Shown here piece after piece: positions 40,026 to 54,043 of a DNA stretch of 62,102 nucleotides (position 1 is its first letter; each line of letters begins with the position of its first letter). The DNA lies in assembly GCA_001938485.1 (NCBI GenBank), contig MQRK01220018.1, positions 1 to 62,102 on the forward strand. Direction: 5' to 3'. This stretch comes from Girardia tigrina (taxonomy: Eukaryota). The position numbers were made by a program, and so were the translations under genes. Below the pieces are notes generated by a model. The model was not told where the DNA came from, did not search any database, and was given only the letters and a program-made list of their open reading frames with translations.

Positions 40026-41199
40026 TATCCGGGATAACCAAAACGTTTAACCCGATTTTATATAATATAACAAATATAGATTTGCAATAAATAAGAACTG
40101 CAATTATAATTTAATCATAGAAACCACTGACGCACTACTAACATGATTGTTGAATACGTGATGAACATCGCTGATTGTCTGTTTGCCGCCTACCGGTCAA
40201 GTGTGTGTTGAAATCATTGTAGTTTTCGATCCTGGAATGTTCCTGTAAGACTTCATCAAAATCAAAGAATCGCTGCTCTTCGATATTATTAGCAGCGTTT
40301 CTCAAATGCAACTATGGTACCATCGACTTTGTTTAGAATTTAGTAATCATGCTGCTCAAGGTAGGACATCAAGTCACTCGTCAGCAAATTCGAAACAATC
40401 GACCAAATAAACGATACAATCAGATGAGCATAGTCAACTGCAGCAACATCTAATGAAAAATGAGAACAGCTATCTGATAGTTTTTTAAACAGTCTGAAAA
40501 ACATCTATTCGATTGCTTTTCTATGAAATTGAAATCAGTGGCAGAAGTGATCAAAATTTACTGTGAAATGAATTTGAAACCTTTTATTCTTCATCTGTTT
40601 GATGCTTTGCATGATGGAGTTGCTGACCAGGGTGTTGAGGTTTCAAAGATGTTCCTTGACTCGATTCGAGGTAACAAAAAATTTGAAATATTAATAATAA
40701 GATGGTTTTCGTGAAAATTGGCTTTGTTAGGATTAAAATACAATAAAAACAAATTACTATTTTCTTCTTACTTTTATTCTTGATATTATATTTATTCTTT
40801 GCATTATTAAAAATGCTAGGCAGAAACATAAGATGTCTGGTAAAAATAAATATGTAAATCTCTTATACAAAAAGATTAATTAATTGTCATTGTTTTCATT
40901 TAATATTACAGTTTATTTAAAATATTTACTAGTTAGTGAAGTGTCTCAGAAGCTATTTTATTCTTATAAAATGTACTAAAATTCTTTCATTTTATGTCGT
41001 CTCATTTTACGTGACTCTTTTTTCCTGGTCGCTTTTTGTCCGGCCTCCATACAAAACAACTGAAGATTTTATATTTAGAACAAAATATGTCGTAAAAATA
41101 ATTGCAGTTGTATTTAATTATTATAAATCAAATTAAATTCAATAAAATGTGATTTAATTTAATAACAAAAAACTACATCTTTAAATATATATATAATAC

Positions 41200-41646
41200 G
41201 ATATTCTGTAAAAGTGCACAGGGTAGTAAATTATAAACTCTGTAATGGGTGTAAACCTCAAAACATACAAGAGCTTCTGATATTGTCATACGGTTTTAGA
41301 TGCCTGAGTGAAAGCCTTCAGTGCCGGGTACATTTCAGTTTGCCTCTAAAAATGACCAATCATAATAACTCGTCCCGTGGTTTTAAGGTTTTGACTGTAT
41401 AATGGCACTTACTGCAACGGTGAAAGGGATATTTGAATATCCATCTTTCCATTATATTATACTTCGAATCCAATTGTAAATATTAATGTGCCAGTGTCTG
41501 TTAATACTGGTAACAAGAGCGATCAAGGAATGATCACGAACGTGGTTTTGGTACTTCCTTACCACGTTCGGCATCACTCCTGGATTGCTCTCGTCAGCAG
41601 TATCGACAGAGACTGGCACATTAATATTTACAATGGGATTCAAGGT

Positions 41647-41649
<3 letters not shown>
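41200..41649 (-). mobile_element. 3' fragment of the zinc-finger-tailed RTE-like LINE containing a fold-back duplication
   Basis: VPVSVDTADESNPGVMPNVV matches VSVPIDGTAETNPGVIPRVV in the 21-kb copy. IFKYPFHRCSK matches IFRSPFTHCTK. Shared 3' motif TACAGAGT.TAT.A.T.ACTACCCTGT.CAC. Confidence 0.8.
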
Positions 41650-41694
<45 letters not shown>

Positions 41695-43179
41695 ATGTGA
41701 GATACTTCGTACATTTACGGTATTATTAGTATCATTAACATATATTTGATAATCAAATAAGAGATGTCTTCGCGACCAACCTTTTATTTTATAACTTTTG
41801 TAACAATGGTCAATGGGCATATATTAGAACCAACCATGCTCAGCCAGTTTCTTATAGCAAGAAAGGAATGCACAGCTTACTCTATTGATACACATTTACA
41901 ACATTTTCGAATATTCATTTCTTTGTTTTACAGTCTCTTTCAGTTTTCGCTTACAGTGGCTTTAAACAGGTGTTGAAATTCATCAGTGTTTTCAAGGACC
42001 CTATGGAATTGAAGCATTCTCTATATTCTAACAAGCCATTTTCATTGCCAAAGATCCATATCATGTCATTATGATTATAAAATTATATATTTCAACGCAA
42101 ATTAAATAAAAAATTATTTTTGATAAATTAAAACAAAATAAAGAATATCAGAATTCAAAATTTATAGAAAAATCGATTTTCAATACTTAAGTAAAAATTA
42201 ATTAAAAATTAAATATCGAATCAATTCTCAAAAAATTTTATTTTTATATTTTTTCAATGTTCAGAAAATTACAATTTTATTTTACTTTTATCTTTTTTAA
42301 TAAATGTATTTTCAAAAAAAAATATTTTTTTTGATTATAATAAATGTAACATTTTCATTTAATTATTAACTGTCTGAATTTCTTATTTTTTATTTTTCTT
42401 TCATATTTTGAGTTTAATTTTAAATTTCAATTTTTGAGATGGAAATTTATTTTTAATTAAAATTTATATTTTTTTTCTTTTTTTTGTTAGATTAAATCAA
42501 TAAACTATTTTTATTACATATATGTATATTTGTTTTATATGTTTATTAAATATGTTTTTTCTTTATTTTCACAATCAATAAAAGTGGGAGTTTTAATAGC
42601 TAAAAAATAAAACTCGCAAATACAAGAAAATGATATTTTATATTTTTAGAGTAATTTTTTAGCTGTTTTTATTTATGTTTTTTTTAATTAATAGAATATA
42701 TCAGATTAATTTATTGAAGTATGTTTTAGGGGTTTCATCTTATTTTGATTGATTTATTTAAAAATATTAACATTAAAGAAAACAATATTAAAAAAATTCA
42801 AACAAAAAACTGAAATAATTATATATTTAATCTCTAAAAAATAGTAAAAAATGTCTCTTGTTATTTAAATAATTTTTTTAATTTATTAATATATAATTAA
42901 AAATAAATTATTAATATTGAATACCAAAAAAACAATTTTAGAAACAATTTTTATAACAAATTAAAGTAAATGATTAAAAAAAAATAATCTCGGAAAGCCA
43001 CTGCAAATACAAAGATTTTATGGAAATACCAAAAAGTCTAGGAAACACTTTTGTAAATGAATGGTACTTTGTGGAATATTCACGAAGGGAGCTCAGGTAA
43101 ACAATGATTGTTTAATCATTGTGTCACGAATTTAGGAGTATTATTGATTAAATAATTTTATTTTTAATGAATCAATCTT

Positions 43180-46100
43180 GATGAGCGGTGTTGCGATGAA
43201 GTCGGTTAGCCAGTGGAGCAGAAGCATGTCAATCCTTGCATGATGGGGATTGCTTTTTGAGTATCATCAGCGTCCCAGAACTTCAAAAAAGACAATAAGC
43301 TTAATACCTGAAAGAAGGAGCAAAGTTCACATCGGAGAGAAAAAAGAAACGGTAATCGAAACATTTTCACGTGTTCAATTACCAGGTACCGATTGGAAGT
43401 CTAATGATCAAGCAATCTGCGATGTGATCTGGGTAGCAATCACAAGGCCGAGGCGAACTCCTTCAAATCAAAAGTGGTTACATGGCCACCTAGAGCAGTT
43501 AAATACTCATTGGAGAAATATGGGCGAGACGCACTGAGTTTGTAAGGAATAGAAACAATGACACTTTTTATAGATGGAATTCCAACAGAATACTTCTCCA
43601 GAAGAATATCAGAAGATGGAAACTTAAATGAGTCTAGATTCTATACGACCAAATCGAGAAAATATTGAACAATGATGGAGAAGGAAAACTGAAGGAGCTC
43701 ACGATGGACTACGTACCCTCTGTAAATCACAATTAAAGGAAAATACGCTGTGTTCTCCTTGGAATGCTATTGGGAACAAGGAGCCGATTCACCATTTCAA
43801 TAATCTTTCTAAGGCCTAACTGGAGCACAAGGAACGAACTAATGTCGCTGTAGACACTTTGAATCTCGAGAATTTGAATTCTCCTCCGACGCGAGAGGAA
43901 TTAAGAGGCAGTGAAGCAGCTGAAGAGTGGGACAACCGCTAGATCTGGTGGATTGATCCCAGAAATCTATAAGTTAGGGTGTGTGAAAATACTTACCATA
44001 CTGGAGGTGTGCTTTAGGAACATATGGAATGGACTAGAGGCATTCCTACCAAATTGGAGAGAGGCCGAAGTGTTGATTTTCTTCAAAGGCTCTTGAAAAA
44101 GTCCAAATAACTACCCAGGTATTTTTCTTTTAAATGTAGGAGGAAAGATTCTAGCCAGAATCATCGTGAATCGAATCACTGGGATCACCGAAGTGACACT
44201 GAATGAGTGGCAGTATGGATTCCGACCAGGAAGAGGAACTCAGTTGGCAATAATTATCTTAAGGAAATTGCAGGAGGAAGTGCGATAACAATATGTATGT
44301 CATCTTTATCGACATAGATTTCGACATCTTTATTCGACAGTGTACCCTAATCTATTTAAAGAGACTAGGGATAAAGGGGAGAATGTTAGATATCATCAAA
44401 GATTTCCATGAGGGATTCGAAGGTTCTATAGGGTATGAAACATTTAACATGGATAAAGGAGTTCGTCAAGATTTTGTTTTAGGGCACTCATGTTTAATAT
44501 TGTATTCGATACGGTAGTGAAAAGAGCAATATTGAACGGTCTCGCTGATTGATGAAAAAAAAGTGATGATGAAAAATGAAGATGGAAGCTTCCTTGAGAT
44601 AAACAGATTAGCCTATTCTTACGATTCCTGTCTCATCGACACGGACTGGAACAACCTGATAAATAATTTGATCATTTTAAATGCATCTTTTTTAGATTTA
44701 AGTCTCAAAATTAACATCGGTAAAACCAAAGTTTTGAAGCTAAACGGAGATACTCGGATCCTTATTTCTGGGCACCAGCTTGAGTTAGGTATTGAGTGGA
44801 TCTCTAACTTTAGTTACCTAGGATCCACGATCTCTTCAGCAGGAAACGGGGAGGCGGAAGTGAAAGAAAGAACCAATAAAGAAATCCAGAACATCAGGGA
44901 CCGAAGACCAGTGCTGAAGAGCTCCAAATTGAGTATAATGAATAAGAAGAAAGTTATCAACGCATGCATATTCTTCGTAGTCTACTACGGCGGTGAAGGC
45001 TGAAGAACTGCAACAAGAACATTAAGAAGTTTCATACCCTTCAAAACCTATGAACTAGTATAGTTAGGAAGAAACAAAAGATTGAAAGGATCCATATGGA
45101 CACCCTGGACATTGGACTCCCACATCTCGTGGATAGTTTTGCGAGTAAAATGCTTAATTTACACAGTAAGACGGGAACTTCAGAGGAGTACAAGACCATC
45201 ACACGAATCTAGAGGGAATAAATACTGATGGGGCAAAAGTTCAGTGGGAGAAAGAAGCAATCAATCTTGGAGTACCTTCAAGTGGACATACATTGGCTTT
45301 TTGGGTATGATGTGGTCAATGGAGATTTCGTTAACTACATCATTTACAGAGACCCTACTGTATCGAGGAAAACATACACAAACCCTTTAATTCGATCAGG
45401 AAGACTAAATAGGACAAGAACAACTGTACTGAAGTTAATCAACGAGAGAGAGAAGTGCAACTAATGTTCGGTTGAAAGATGCTACAAGGAGTTTACCGAA
45501 AAGAAGGAGCTGAACAGACACATCAAATGGACCTGTCGGTTTCCCCGTCCGCTAATCCTGATCTGCTCAAAGAGTCGCAACAACAACAATTACCATTCCC
45601 GTGTACACTATGTAAAAAGTCTTATAAAACGAAGAGGTGGCTGACCAGACACCTCAACCTGGATTATAAATTGGAGAACACAGAAGAAATTGGAGAACCG
45701 ACAATGATACGAGCGCAAACCAGTGTAACAAATAACACAGAAGAAAGAGTCGTAGAAAACCTCAACATTACAGGTAATCAGATTCAATCCGTGACAAACC
45801 CCCGACAATCTCGACAGCGCTAGAGGAAGCAGTAGGTACTGAAGAAACATATCTGACTTTTAGGATTGCAGATTTTACTACAAGGGAAGAGTTCAGATGT
45901 CCCTTTGCGGCTGCACGAAGTCCACAAATACAGCCAAAGGTATGCATAACCATGGATATACAATCCTTGGGTGGTTGTTTTTTTATAAGGAAGCCGAATG
46001 GATCTTGTAGACCGAAACTATCTGACCCTGTAGTAGGTCTACGGGGAGGCTGCTAGTGACATTTTAGTTTGGATAAACTCTTTAACGAACCTAAAGGCTC

Positions 46101-46326
46101 AATTCTATTCGAAAGAGATGTGAGACACACATATCGGAGAGACAAATCGTCATCTCAAAGCCTGAATTAGCGAGCATTCGCAAATGAGTCGGTCGAGTAA
46201 GGTTCTTGATCATTGGTTATGTTGTAAGGATAGAACCTCATCCATTTCAAAAGATGAGTTTCTGTTCTACAAAAGAGATTCGATTCCCATTACGTACAGC
46301 AGTTTTGGGAATTTCTAATAATAATA
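43180..46326 (+). mobile_element. RTE-like non-LTR retrotransposon, decayed, 5'-truncated, with a C2H2 tail and (TAA)n end
   Basis: LKSG...GLIPEIYK, NNYPGIFLLNVGGKILARII, WQYGFRPGRG, GVRQ, LAY(AD)D-like LAYSYDSCL, LKINIGKTK, FSYLGS. These are followed by CSVERCYKEFTEKKELNRHIK, FPCTLCKKSYKTKRWLTRHL and FRCPF..; TAATAATAAT at about 46316-46325. Confidence 0.9.
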
Positions 46327-48139
46327 CACTACAACCCATCAATTAACATTCAGAATGGGCAAACTAAGACCATTTCAATACTTAAAATTTTAATCAAAAT
46401 ATTTTTTACCATTATTTTCCAATAATATTTTAATAAATTATAATATTAACGTTAATTTTTACCATTTAAAATTAATAAAAAAGTGAAATAATAATATTTA
46501 ATAAAAACAAAAATTTAAGTATTAAAATTTTCAAATATTGTTGATGATGAACTATAAAACTTCGAAACATGTTTAATAATTATATCAAAGAAGCTTTAAT
46601 TAAATTATATTTTCAAAATATTAAACTTATGTTTTTGTTCAATAAACTGATTTAATGAATATAAAAAATACTAAAATTCATTTTAAATATTATTATTAAA
46701 TTATTATAAATTTTAAATGTTTATTTATGTTGTGTAAAATGAAAAAAATTAATAACAATTATTTTAATTTTTATGATTATGGTGAAATTTAATTTTTTAA
46801 TTACTATAATTTCTTAAATGACAAAGTTATTTATTTTTGATATTTTTATATTATTAAAGACATGTATGTGAAATATTTATAAAAGTTCTAACTTAATTTA
46901 TTTAATACTTTATTATTAATTTTAATTATGAAAATTTCTGTCATTCAAAAAAAATTATTTATTCGTAGTTTTATGTGAAAAATTTTGAATACGTATTAAA
47001 TGGTTTATTTCGTTACTTAATTCGAAGATAGAGTCCCTCCAAGTCCGCTTGATTGTTGTACTTAATTGTTGTATGAAAATGTATCAATAGACCAAGTTTA
47101 CTTTAGATAACCTTACCGAATATCATATTTAAGTCTAGATGTAAATAGATTTTTAATTTATGTTTAGTTAATAACCTCACAAACAATAAAACTGTCTCTA
47201 CTTTCAATTTGGCACGAACATTTGTTCGCAAGTGAATAATTAATTATTAAATTCAACTGAAATATAATTTGATAATTTGAAAATATTAAAACTTTCGATC
47301 ATTTACAAGTAAATTCGATTAAAAACTGCTTTGGTCGTATGTTTAATTACAGAACGTTTCTCCATCCATAATTTAAATTATAAAACAATATTTCGTTTGT
47401 TTCATGTCTTTTTTTGTGAATAATAACGTGTTTTATTAAAAATAACTAATTAATTAATTAGTCAATCTTTTAATTGATTCATTTGTTTTGATTTTAATTA
47501 TGTTACTGTGCGAAATTTCAGTTCAATAGTACCACCGGAAGTAGGTGGAAGTTTACAAGATTTTTACCAAATACACAAACATACAACATACGAATCTACA
47601 GTGGGTTCCCATTTCTCGGGACAATATTCTCAAATTTTGTCTCGTTTATTTTGCTTTTCCCGTTATATAATTTTTAATTACACGGACTAAATAAATTAAA
47701 CTTTGAAAATATTATACTTAAAATTTATATTTTTCATCAAAAACACAAGATATTTTTAAAAATTATAAACTGAAAATATACCAAAAGTTAATTATTTAAT
47801 TACATTAAAAATTAATTTTTGATTTTTAGGAGTTTACTGTTGATTAATAAATTAAAACAACTTAAATAATAAATTAACATGAAGTTTTTTGTTTTATATT
47901 TAATAACAAAAATAATTCGATTATGATTAAACTTGTAAATAAATCAGCATTTTGATATGATTGAAATAAAAACAAACTATTTTTTAACAAAATATACATA
48001 AAATATTTTTTTAATATTTGTCCCGTTTATTCTATATCAAATATATACTATTTATTATTTTAAATTTTGGCTTTCAAAAAATTATCCCATTAATTTTGGT
48101 TGTCCTGACTTCATTATACTACTAGTTAATACAGAGTTA

Positions 48140-48402
48140 ATTTTTAGAAAGCCAGAACATTGCTGTCTTAAAATGGCCTACATATAGCCCATATCTCTCT
48201 CCAATAGAGAATTTATGGGCTTTTGTCAAAAGAAAAGTTCATATTGTCCATATAAATACCAAAGAAGAACTCATAAATACAATAAAAGATATATGGAGCA
48301 ATGATCTGGACATTAAGGCTGCTTTTCATGGTCTCATCGATGGTAATGCCTCGACGAATTCAAGCTTTTATTGATGTAAAAGGAGGACTCATAAAATATT
48401 AA
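48140..48402 (+). pseudogene. Tc1 transposase C-terminal fragment
   Basis: LKWPTYSPYLSPIENLWAFVKRKV...MPRRIQAFIDVKGGLIKY*. Confidence 0.85.
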
Positions 48403-49069
48403 TAACCGTTATTCGGTCTGTCTTTTTCTAAAAAAAATTTATTAGGATTTTCATTGTCTTGGTGTCTTAAACAATAATGTAATTATAATTTAATAAATTT
48501 TTACAGAAAATCATTCATTTGCTATAGATAGAGAATAAAATACTTTTAGATAGCATTTTATTTATCTGAGATTGCTACATTTTTTACATTTACAAAAACA
48601 GGAAAAACATTGAAAGCTTAAAAATAAAACATATTTAAGTGAAGAACAATCATTAAATGTTATATCGCTGGAGAAACGAGTTTATTTCATTAAATTCCAT
48701 CATCGTAAATTTTAAACCAAGGATCTGATAAATCTTTAAAAGGATTATGATAATAAGCTTTTGAAATTCTTATCTGCAAAAAAGAATTTCAAAAACTATG
48801 AAAAACGTATCTTTAAAGCTAACCTAGAAAAATGTACCAAAAACGTAATAAATATTTAAAATACTTTTACGTAATGTCGATTTTTATTGTCATAAATTAA
48901 CATACTCATTATCATAAAACAAAAACTAGTAAATTTAAAAACTTTAATTTTTTATATCCATTCTTTCTGCATACAGAATTCTACTTTGCCAACAAAGTTT
49001 TTAAAATATAAAAAAATTAATTAAAAAAACACATTAAAAATTAATATAAACTACGTATAGTTTATAAGT

Positions 49070-49315
49070 AGATATCTTGCAATTAATATTGTTCGGAAAC
49101 TCCGATTCTTTCCCATTTTGGGTTTTTAAAAATTTTTTTTGATCAAATATTTGCATAATCATTTATTGTCATCCAGAATGAGTAAGTGTGCAAAGTTTGA
49201 AGAAAATTAATTCAGTTAAAAGCCTTCAAAAACAGGTTGCTAAATTCCATGGATACATTTATATATATATATATATATATATAGAATGTAAGCTAAGAAA
49301 AAGAATGGAAAAACT
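49070..49315. mobile_element. Possible Helentron-associated (DINE-1-like) short element
   Basis: A GTGTGCAAAGTTTGAAGAAAAT core, then a microsatellite, then AAGCTAAGAAAAAG. The layout is reminiscent only. Confidence 0.3.
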
Positions 49316-49371
49316 AATAATTAGAAATATATAATAACTCAGATATAAATTATTTACTTGTTTTCCGTATA

Positions 49372-49694
49372 CAGGGTGGATCAAAACCTACTTTACAAAC
49401 TTAAATTATGACTTTTATCAATTTTGATAATTTTAACATTATAATGTACAATTCTAGGGAAATCCTTTTCCATTTATTTAATTCTATTTTACTTTCTATG
49501 TAACTTTTCTTTATGATACTTTGCCAAAGGGTCATTTTTATCATTCAAATTTAAAAACGAATATCTTCTTTACGGCGCAATAAATTTAGAGCTTATTAAC
49601 TAACATTCACTACTATCACAATTTCCAAAAAGTTTCAATTCAAAATTCACCTTTTCAACTTCAGGAACTGTTCAGTAAATTTTGATTCACCATG
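49372..49694. mobile_element. Tc1/mariner-type MITE just upstream of the PMCA exon
   Basis: TA|CAGGGTGGATCAAAA ... TTTTGATTCACCATG imperfect TIR. Confidence 0.6.
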
Positions 49695-49767
49695 TTAAAT
49701 ATATGTTTTTAAGAGAATATAGTTTTAAAAAACTAAAATTATTTAGTTTCTGAATACCTCTCTCGCA

Positions 49768-49897
49768 ATGTCTTGTGATGTACAGAATCTCCAATCTTTA
49801 ATGAAGTTTCGAGGCTTGGAAGCTGTTTCAAAGTTACAAGAATCGTATGGAGGGATCCATAAGTTATTAAGTCTTCTTGGAAGCACACAAAATAATG
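49768..49897 (+). CDS. PMCA: Plasma-membrane Ca2+-transporting ATPase (PMCA/ATP2B-like), first visible coding exon (acceptor at 49746, in frame with ATG 49768)
   Basis: MSCDVQNLQSLMKFRGLEAVSKLQESYGGIHKLLSLLGSTQNNG resembles the PMCA N-terminal L..LM..R.......QESYG motif. Donor GTAAG at 49898, phase 1. Confidence 0.85.
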
Positions 49898-50978
49898 GTA
49901 AGACATAATTTACGTTTTATAAAAACAATTTTCATTTTAATAATATTTAAGAAATGTTTACTCGTGCATTATATTTTTGTATGGATTTCTAATATTATGG
50001 TTTTAATCAGATTTCCTTCTTATTTTGAGAAAATTTTACATTTTTAATTAATAATTATTAATAAAACACGAGAAAATGAACAAATTGTTTTGTATAAACA
50101 GAGTTATAAAAAGAATATAATTTTTAATCAGCAACAAAAATGAAGACTAAAAGAATAGTCAAAATCTCTCGTAGTATCACACGTAATCTGGATCGGAATT
50201 CTGATCAGGAACTTTCATTTTAGAGACATTAAGTAATGTCAATGTTGTCTGAATCGATGTGGCCGTCGTGGGTTTGGGTTTTACTTGCATGGTTTAATTC
50301 CGATTAAATTTTCAATTGAAAATTTTTGTCCGGTAATCAGATCAAAATCACTAGTGGTGAGATATTAATGGTTTTTCGCAAACCTCACTCGATATCCGAT
50401 TTACTATTGGATATTTTAGTTCCTTAATCGTGAGTACAGCAATTCTAAGACTCAAAAAGTCTCCAATACATTACTGAATGTTCATCTATTAATAAAATTT
50501 TGAGTCTTTACAACACAGATTTTTCGATATGAACCCTTTCATTTCTGAAATTTTAATTTCAAAATTTGACGATTGATTGGTCATGTACTTAAAAAAAATT
50601 TTGAGTTCAAATAAAAACCCGAAGAGAAATTATTATTTTTCCTAAACACACAAATTTCGAAGTAAATATTTAAGAAAACAAAACTAAAATAAAAAACAAA
50701 TAGTAATTTAGAGAAGAGAAAACATTTTTTACAAAAAATTTCAGCATTTATAAAATAAAAAAATTTTTGTTTATAATTTTAATTTAATTTTAATTTTTTA
50801 AAAATTTTTTTTCTTAAAACTTTTTCATATAAAAACTTAATCAGAACAAGAAATATAATTTTTTCTCAATTATTGGATGTTTTTTTAAATTGAAACCATT
50901 ATTTGATTTTATTCATGAAAGACATTGATTACTTATTAGTAAACTGTATTTAAAAAAACATTTAGATATTTTATTTAG

Positions 50979-51152
50979 GTATTAAATCGGAAGAACTAAA
51001 TGAAAGAAGGTGTAAATACGGATCCAATTATATAGCTCCTAAACCTCCAAAGTCTATCATGCGTTTAATGTTAGAAGCCGTGAATGATTTTACTTTGATA
51101 GCATTGATCCTATCAGCAGTATTATCAGTGGGGTTATCCCTCTATATTTCAT
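50979..51152 (+). CDS. PMCA: PMCA exon (cation-ATPase N domain and TM1)
   Basis: tttag|GT ATT..: IKSEELNERRCKYGSNYIAPKPPKSIMRLMLEAVNDFTLIALILSAVLSVGLSLYIS. Donor GTAAG at 51153. Phases are compatible on both sides. Confidence 0.92.
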
Positions 51153-51774
51153 GTAAGAAATTATTATTTTGTTTTATCCATTTTGTCCATAGATAATGTG
51201 ATTTTTTATGTACATAAATTTTCTTATTTTAATTTAAATATCTATTTCAACATGACTATTAACAACATCAATATGAGTTTTACAACATTTATTAATATCA
51301 CAAGCACATTCACTATTTGACATCTCTCTTGATCAATATATTTCTGAGTTCAAACTAATTATTTTCAATAAATGANNNNNNNNNNNNNNNNNNNNNNNNN
51401 NNNNNNNNNNNNNNNNNNNNNNNNNNNNNNNNNNNNNNNNNNNNNNNNNNNNNNNNNNNNNNNNNNNNNNNNNNNNNNNNNNNNNNNNNNNNNNNNNNNN
51501 NNNNNNCAAAAATTATTTTAAATCTTTTTACTTTAAAATTAAATTAAATTATTTTTAATTAGTAAGAATCAAAGAAAATATCAATCATCCATCTGTGCAG
51601 GAGAGGCACAATCCGAATCAACATAAAACATGCACAATATCAAGACACAATTTAAAACATTCCTCACAATGACTAAATGAAAAAAAACTTACAATAGTAT
51701 AATATAAATTTTGAAAATTAATTATAACTAAAATAACAGAGATTCGTAAAATTGTTTAAAAAATGTTTGATTGT

Positions 51775-51828
<54 letters not shown>

Positions 51829-51887
51829 TACTATTGANNNNNNNNNNNNNNNNNNNNNNNNNNNNNNNNNNNNNNNNNNNNNNNNNN

Positions 51888-51923
<36 letters not shown>

Positions 51924-53996
51924 TACTATTGACACTTTATATCCTGTGTAACTTAAAAAACACCCTGTATAAATCTTGATTTAATTTTTTTTAAAAAAGA
52001 GAAATAAACTTTTTTAAATAAATAAAATTTTTATTTATTTTTTTTAAAAAAATGATAGGTTTTAATTTGTAGCTGAATTATATTTTTATTTACATTAAAT
52101 TAGAATTCTGGTCACTTTCTGTGTTTTGATAGACTACCCATTTTTGTGAAGAACATTGAGACTGTGAATAATACTTTGAGGGTTTGATGTTTGGTGTTTG
52201 AATGTTGTATATTGATTTGGAATTGTGTCTCCTACCTAGATAACTGATTAATATTTTAATTATTATTATCTGAAAATATATAATGTTTAAATTTATTTTT
52301 AATTCAAAATAATTGTAAATTTAATTAATGTTATTTACAATTTTTAAATAAATTAATGAAATTAATATTTTTTAAATAATTAATAATCATTTAAATTTTA
52401 ACCAATAAAATTTTGAATAAATATTTTAACAATTTATGTAATTCAAAATTTGCTCAGATAATAAGATGAAAGTAATTAATCAATTAGTTAGAATGCAATC
52501 GTACGAAAGCTTTTGACAATCAAACTTGTTATGCTAATAAAAATATTAAAAGTCAAATTAGTGTTCTTAATAGAGATAATTTTAATTAGAATTTTTATTG
52601 TTATCACATTTAGATTCATCACAACTCTTGGAAGATCGTTCACTGTTTGACAAAATCATAATTAAACCATTTCTTTATAAAACTCAAAATAATAAAAAAT
52701 TTATAAAATTGTTAAAAATGAATTTAATTTAAATCTACTGAAATGCTTTTTTTTAAAAAAATATATTAAACTAAATTTTAATTGTTAATTTGAAAGATAT
52801 AAACTTGTCATGCTATTATTTTAATTATGTTCAAATAGTCAATCACTGTAAATATAAAAAATACCAATTTCCATCTGGGTGGAAGAATCATCATTCTAAG
52901 TTAAGCATACTCAAATCAACATTCAATATCAACACATTCACACATTCATACAATTTAAAATATTTCTCACATTTTTAATGTTTAAAATTTGTTCTTACAA
53001 TAGGAACCACCTAATGATGTTCTGTTAAGAACGGAATATGCCGTGACTTTTACTGATATAATAAACTGTTATTAAAAATTCGTGTATATTGTTTGATGTT
53101 CATTCAGCATGTTAGTCTTTCATATTTAATTTAAATAATATCAAAATAATTTTTAATAATATAATTATTTGATATTACGAATACTTTACAAATTAATGTG
53201 TATTCAAATTATTATTATTCATTAAATAATTAGAAAACTTGTCAAAAATCATTTGATTATATACATAAAGTGAATGTAAAGAAAACTCAATGCTTCTAAT
53301 TACATTGACAAGTAAAATGATACTTGGAAAGTTATTGCCGCTTATATTTGCATCTGTCTCGATACTTGATGTTTTGTCCTATTGTCTGGAGAACAAGTCA
53401 CGGAACTGATACTTTTTCCATGAAATTATTATTTATTATTTAATTTATGTATATCATTCGTAATTTTGTTTTTTTCTGTATAAATATAAAAAATTAAAAA
53501 ACAGAAGCAAAATATTAAAATAAAATGTCTGAAAAGAAAAATAGTTTTCTTTATATTATAAAAACAGAATTAATCTAAATAATTGAAAAGAAATTATTCG
53601 ATAATATGTGTTTTGGCTCTTATAAGATTCTTTACTAATGAAATAAATGATAAAATGAATCAATTAAATAGCTATGAGAAATTATTTTTTATAATATTTA
53701 TATTTGAAAGTGAAATTAAAATGAATTTGCATAATATTAATAATTAAGTTTAAAATATATTGTTTTTTTGGAAAAATATATTTCAGAATATTAAATAATT
53801 AATGTTTGTGTTTTTAAATTTTGTTAATATTAAAATAATTTGTTAATTAATATTATTAATATGAATTCTCAATATTTATCATCATTTCGCTTAAAATTAT
53901 AATTTTATATTATTGAGTCTTATGGTCGCTGATTTTATAGATTCCAAAGCATGAACAATAATCAATTTCTTTAAAAAGCTTTAACAAAAATATATT

Positions 53997-54043
<47 letters not shown>

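Noticed and set aside
41452-41820. Two antiparallel ORFs with similar peptides as a bidirectional gene
   Set aside because: This is a by-product of the inverted duplication and the (TA)n run.
46535-46580. Penelope-type minimal hammerhead (TTGATGA TGAA..TTC GAAAC ATGTT)
   Set aside because: The conserved C of CUGA is missing, the cleavage triplet is poor, and no Penelope ORF lies nearby; at best a relic.
51779-51932. Direct repeat (TA)n-TCCTACTATTGA on both sides of a gap
   Set aside because: Most likely an unmerged contig overlap (assembly artefact).
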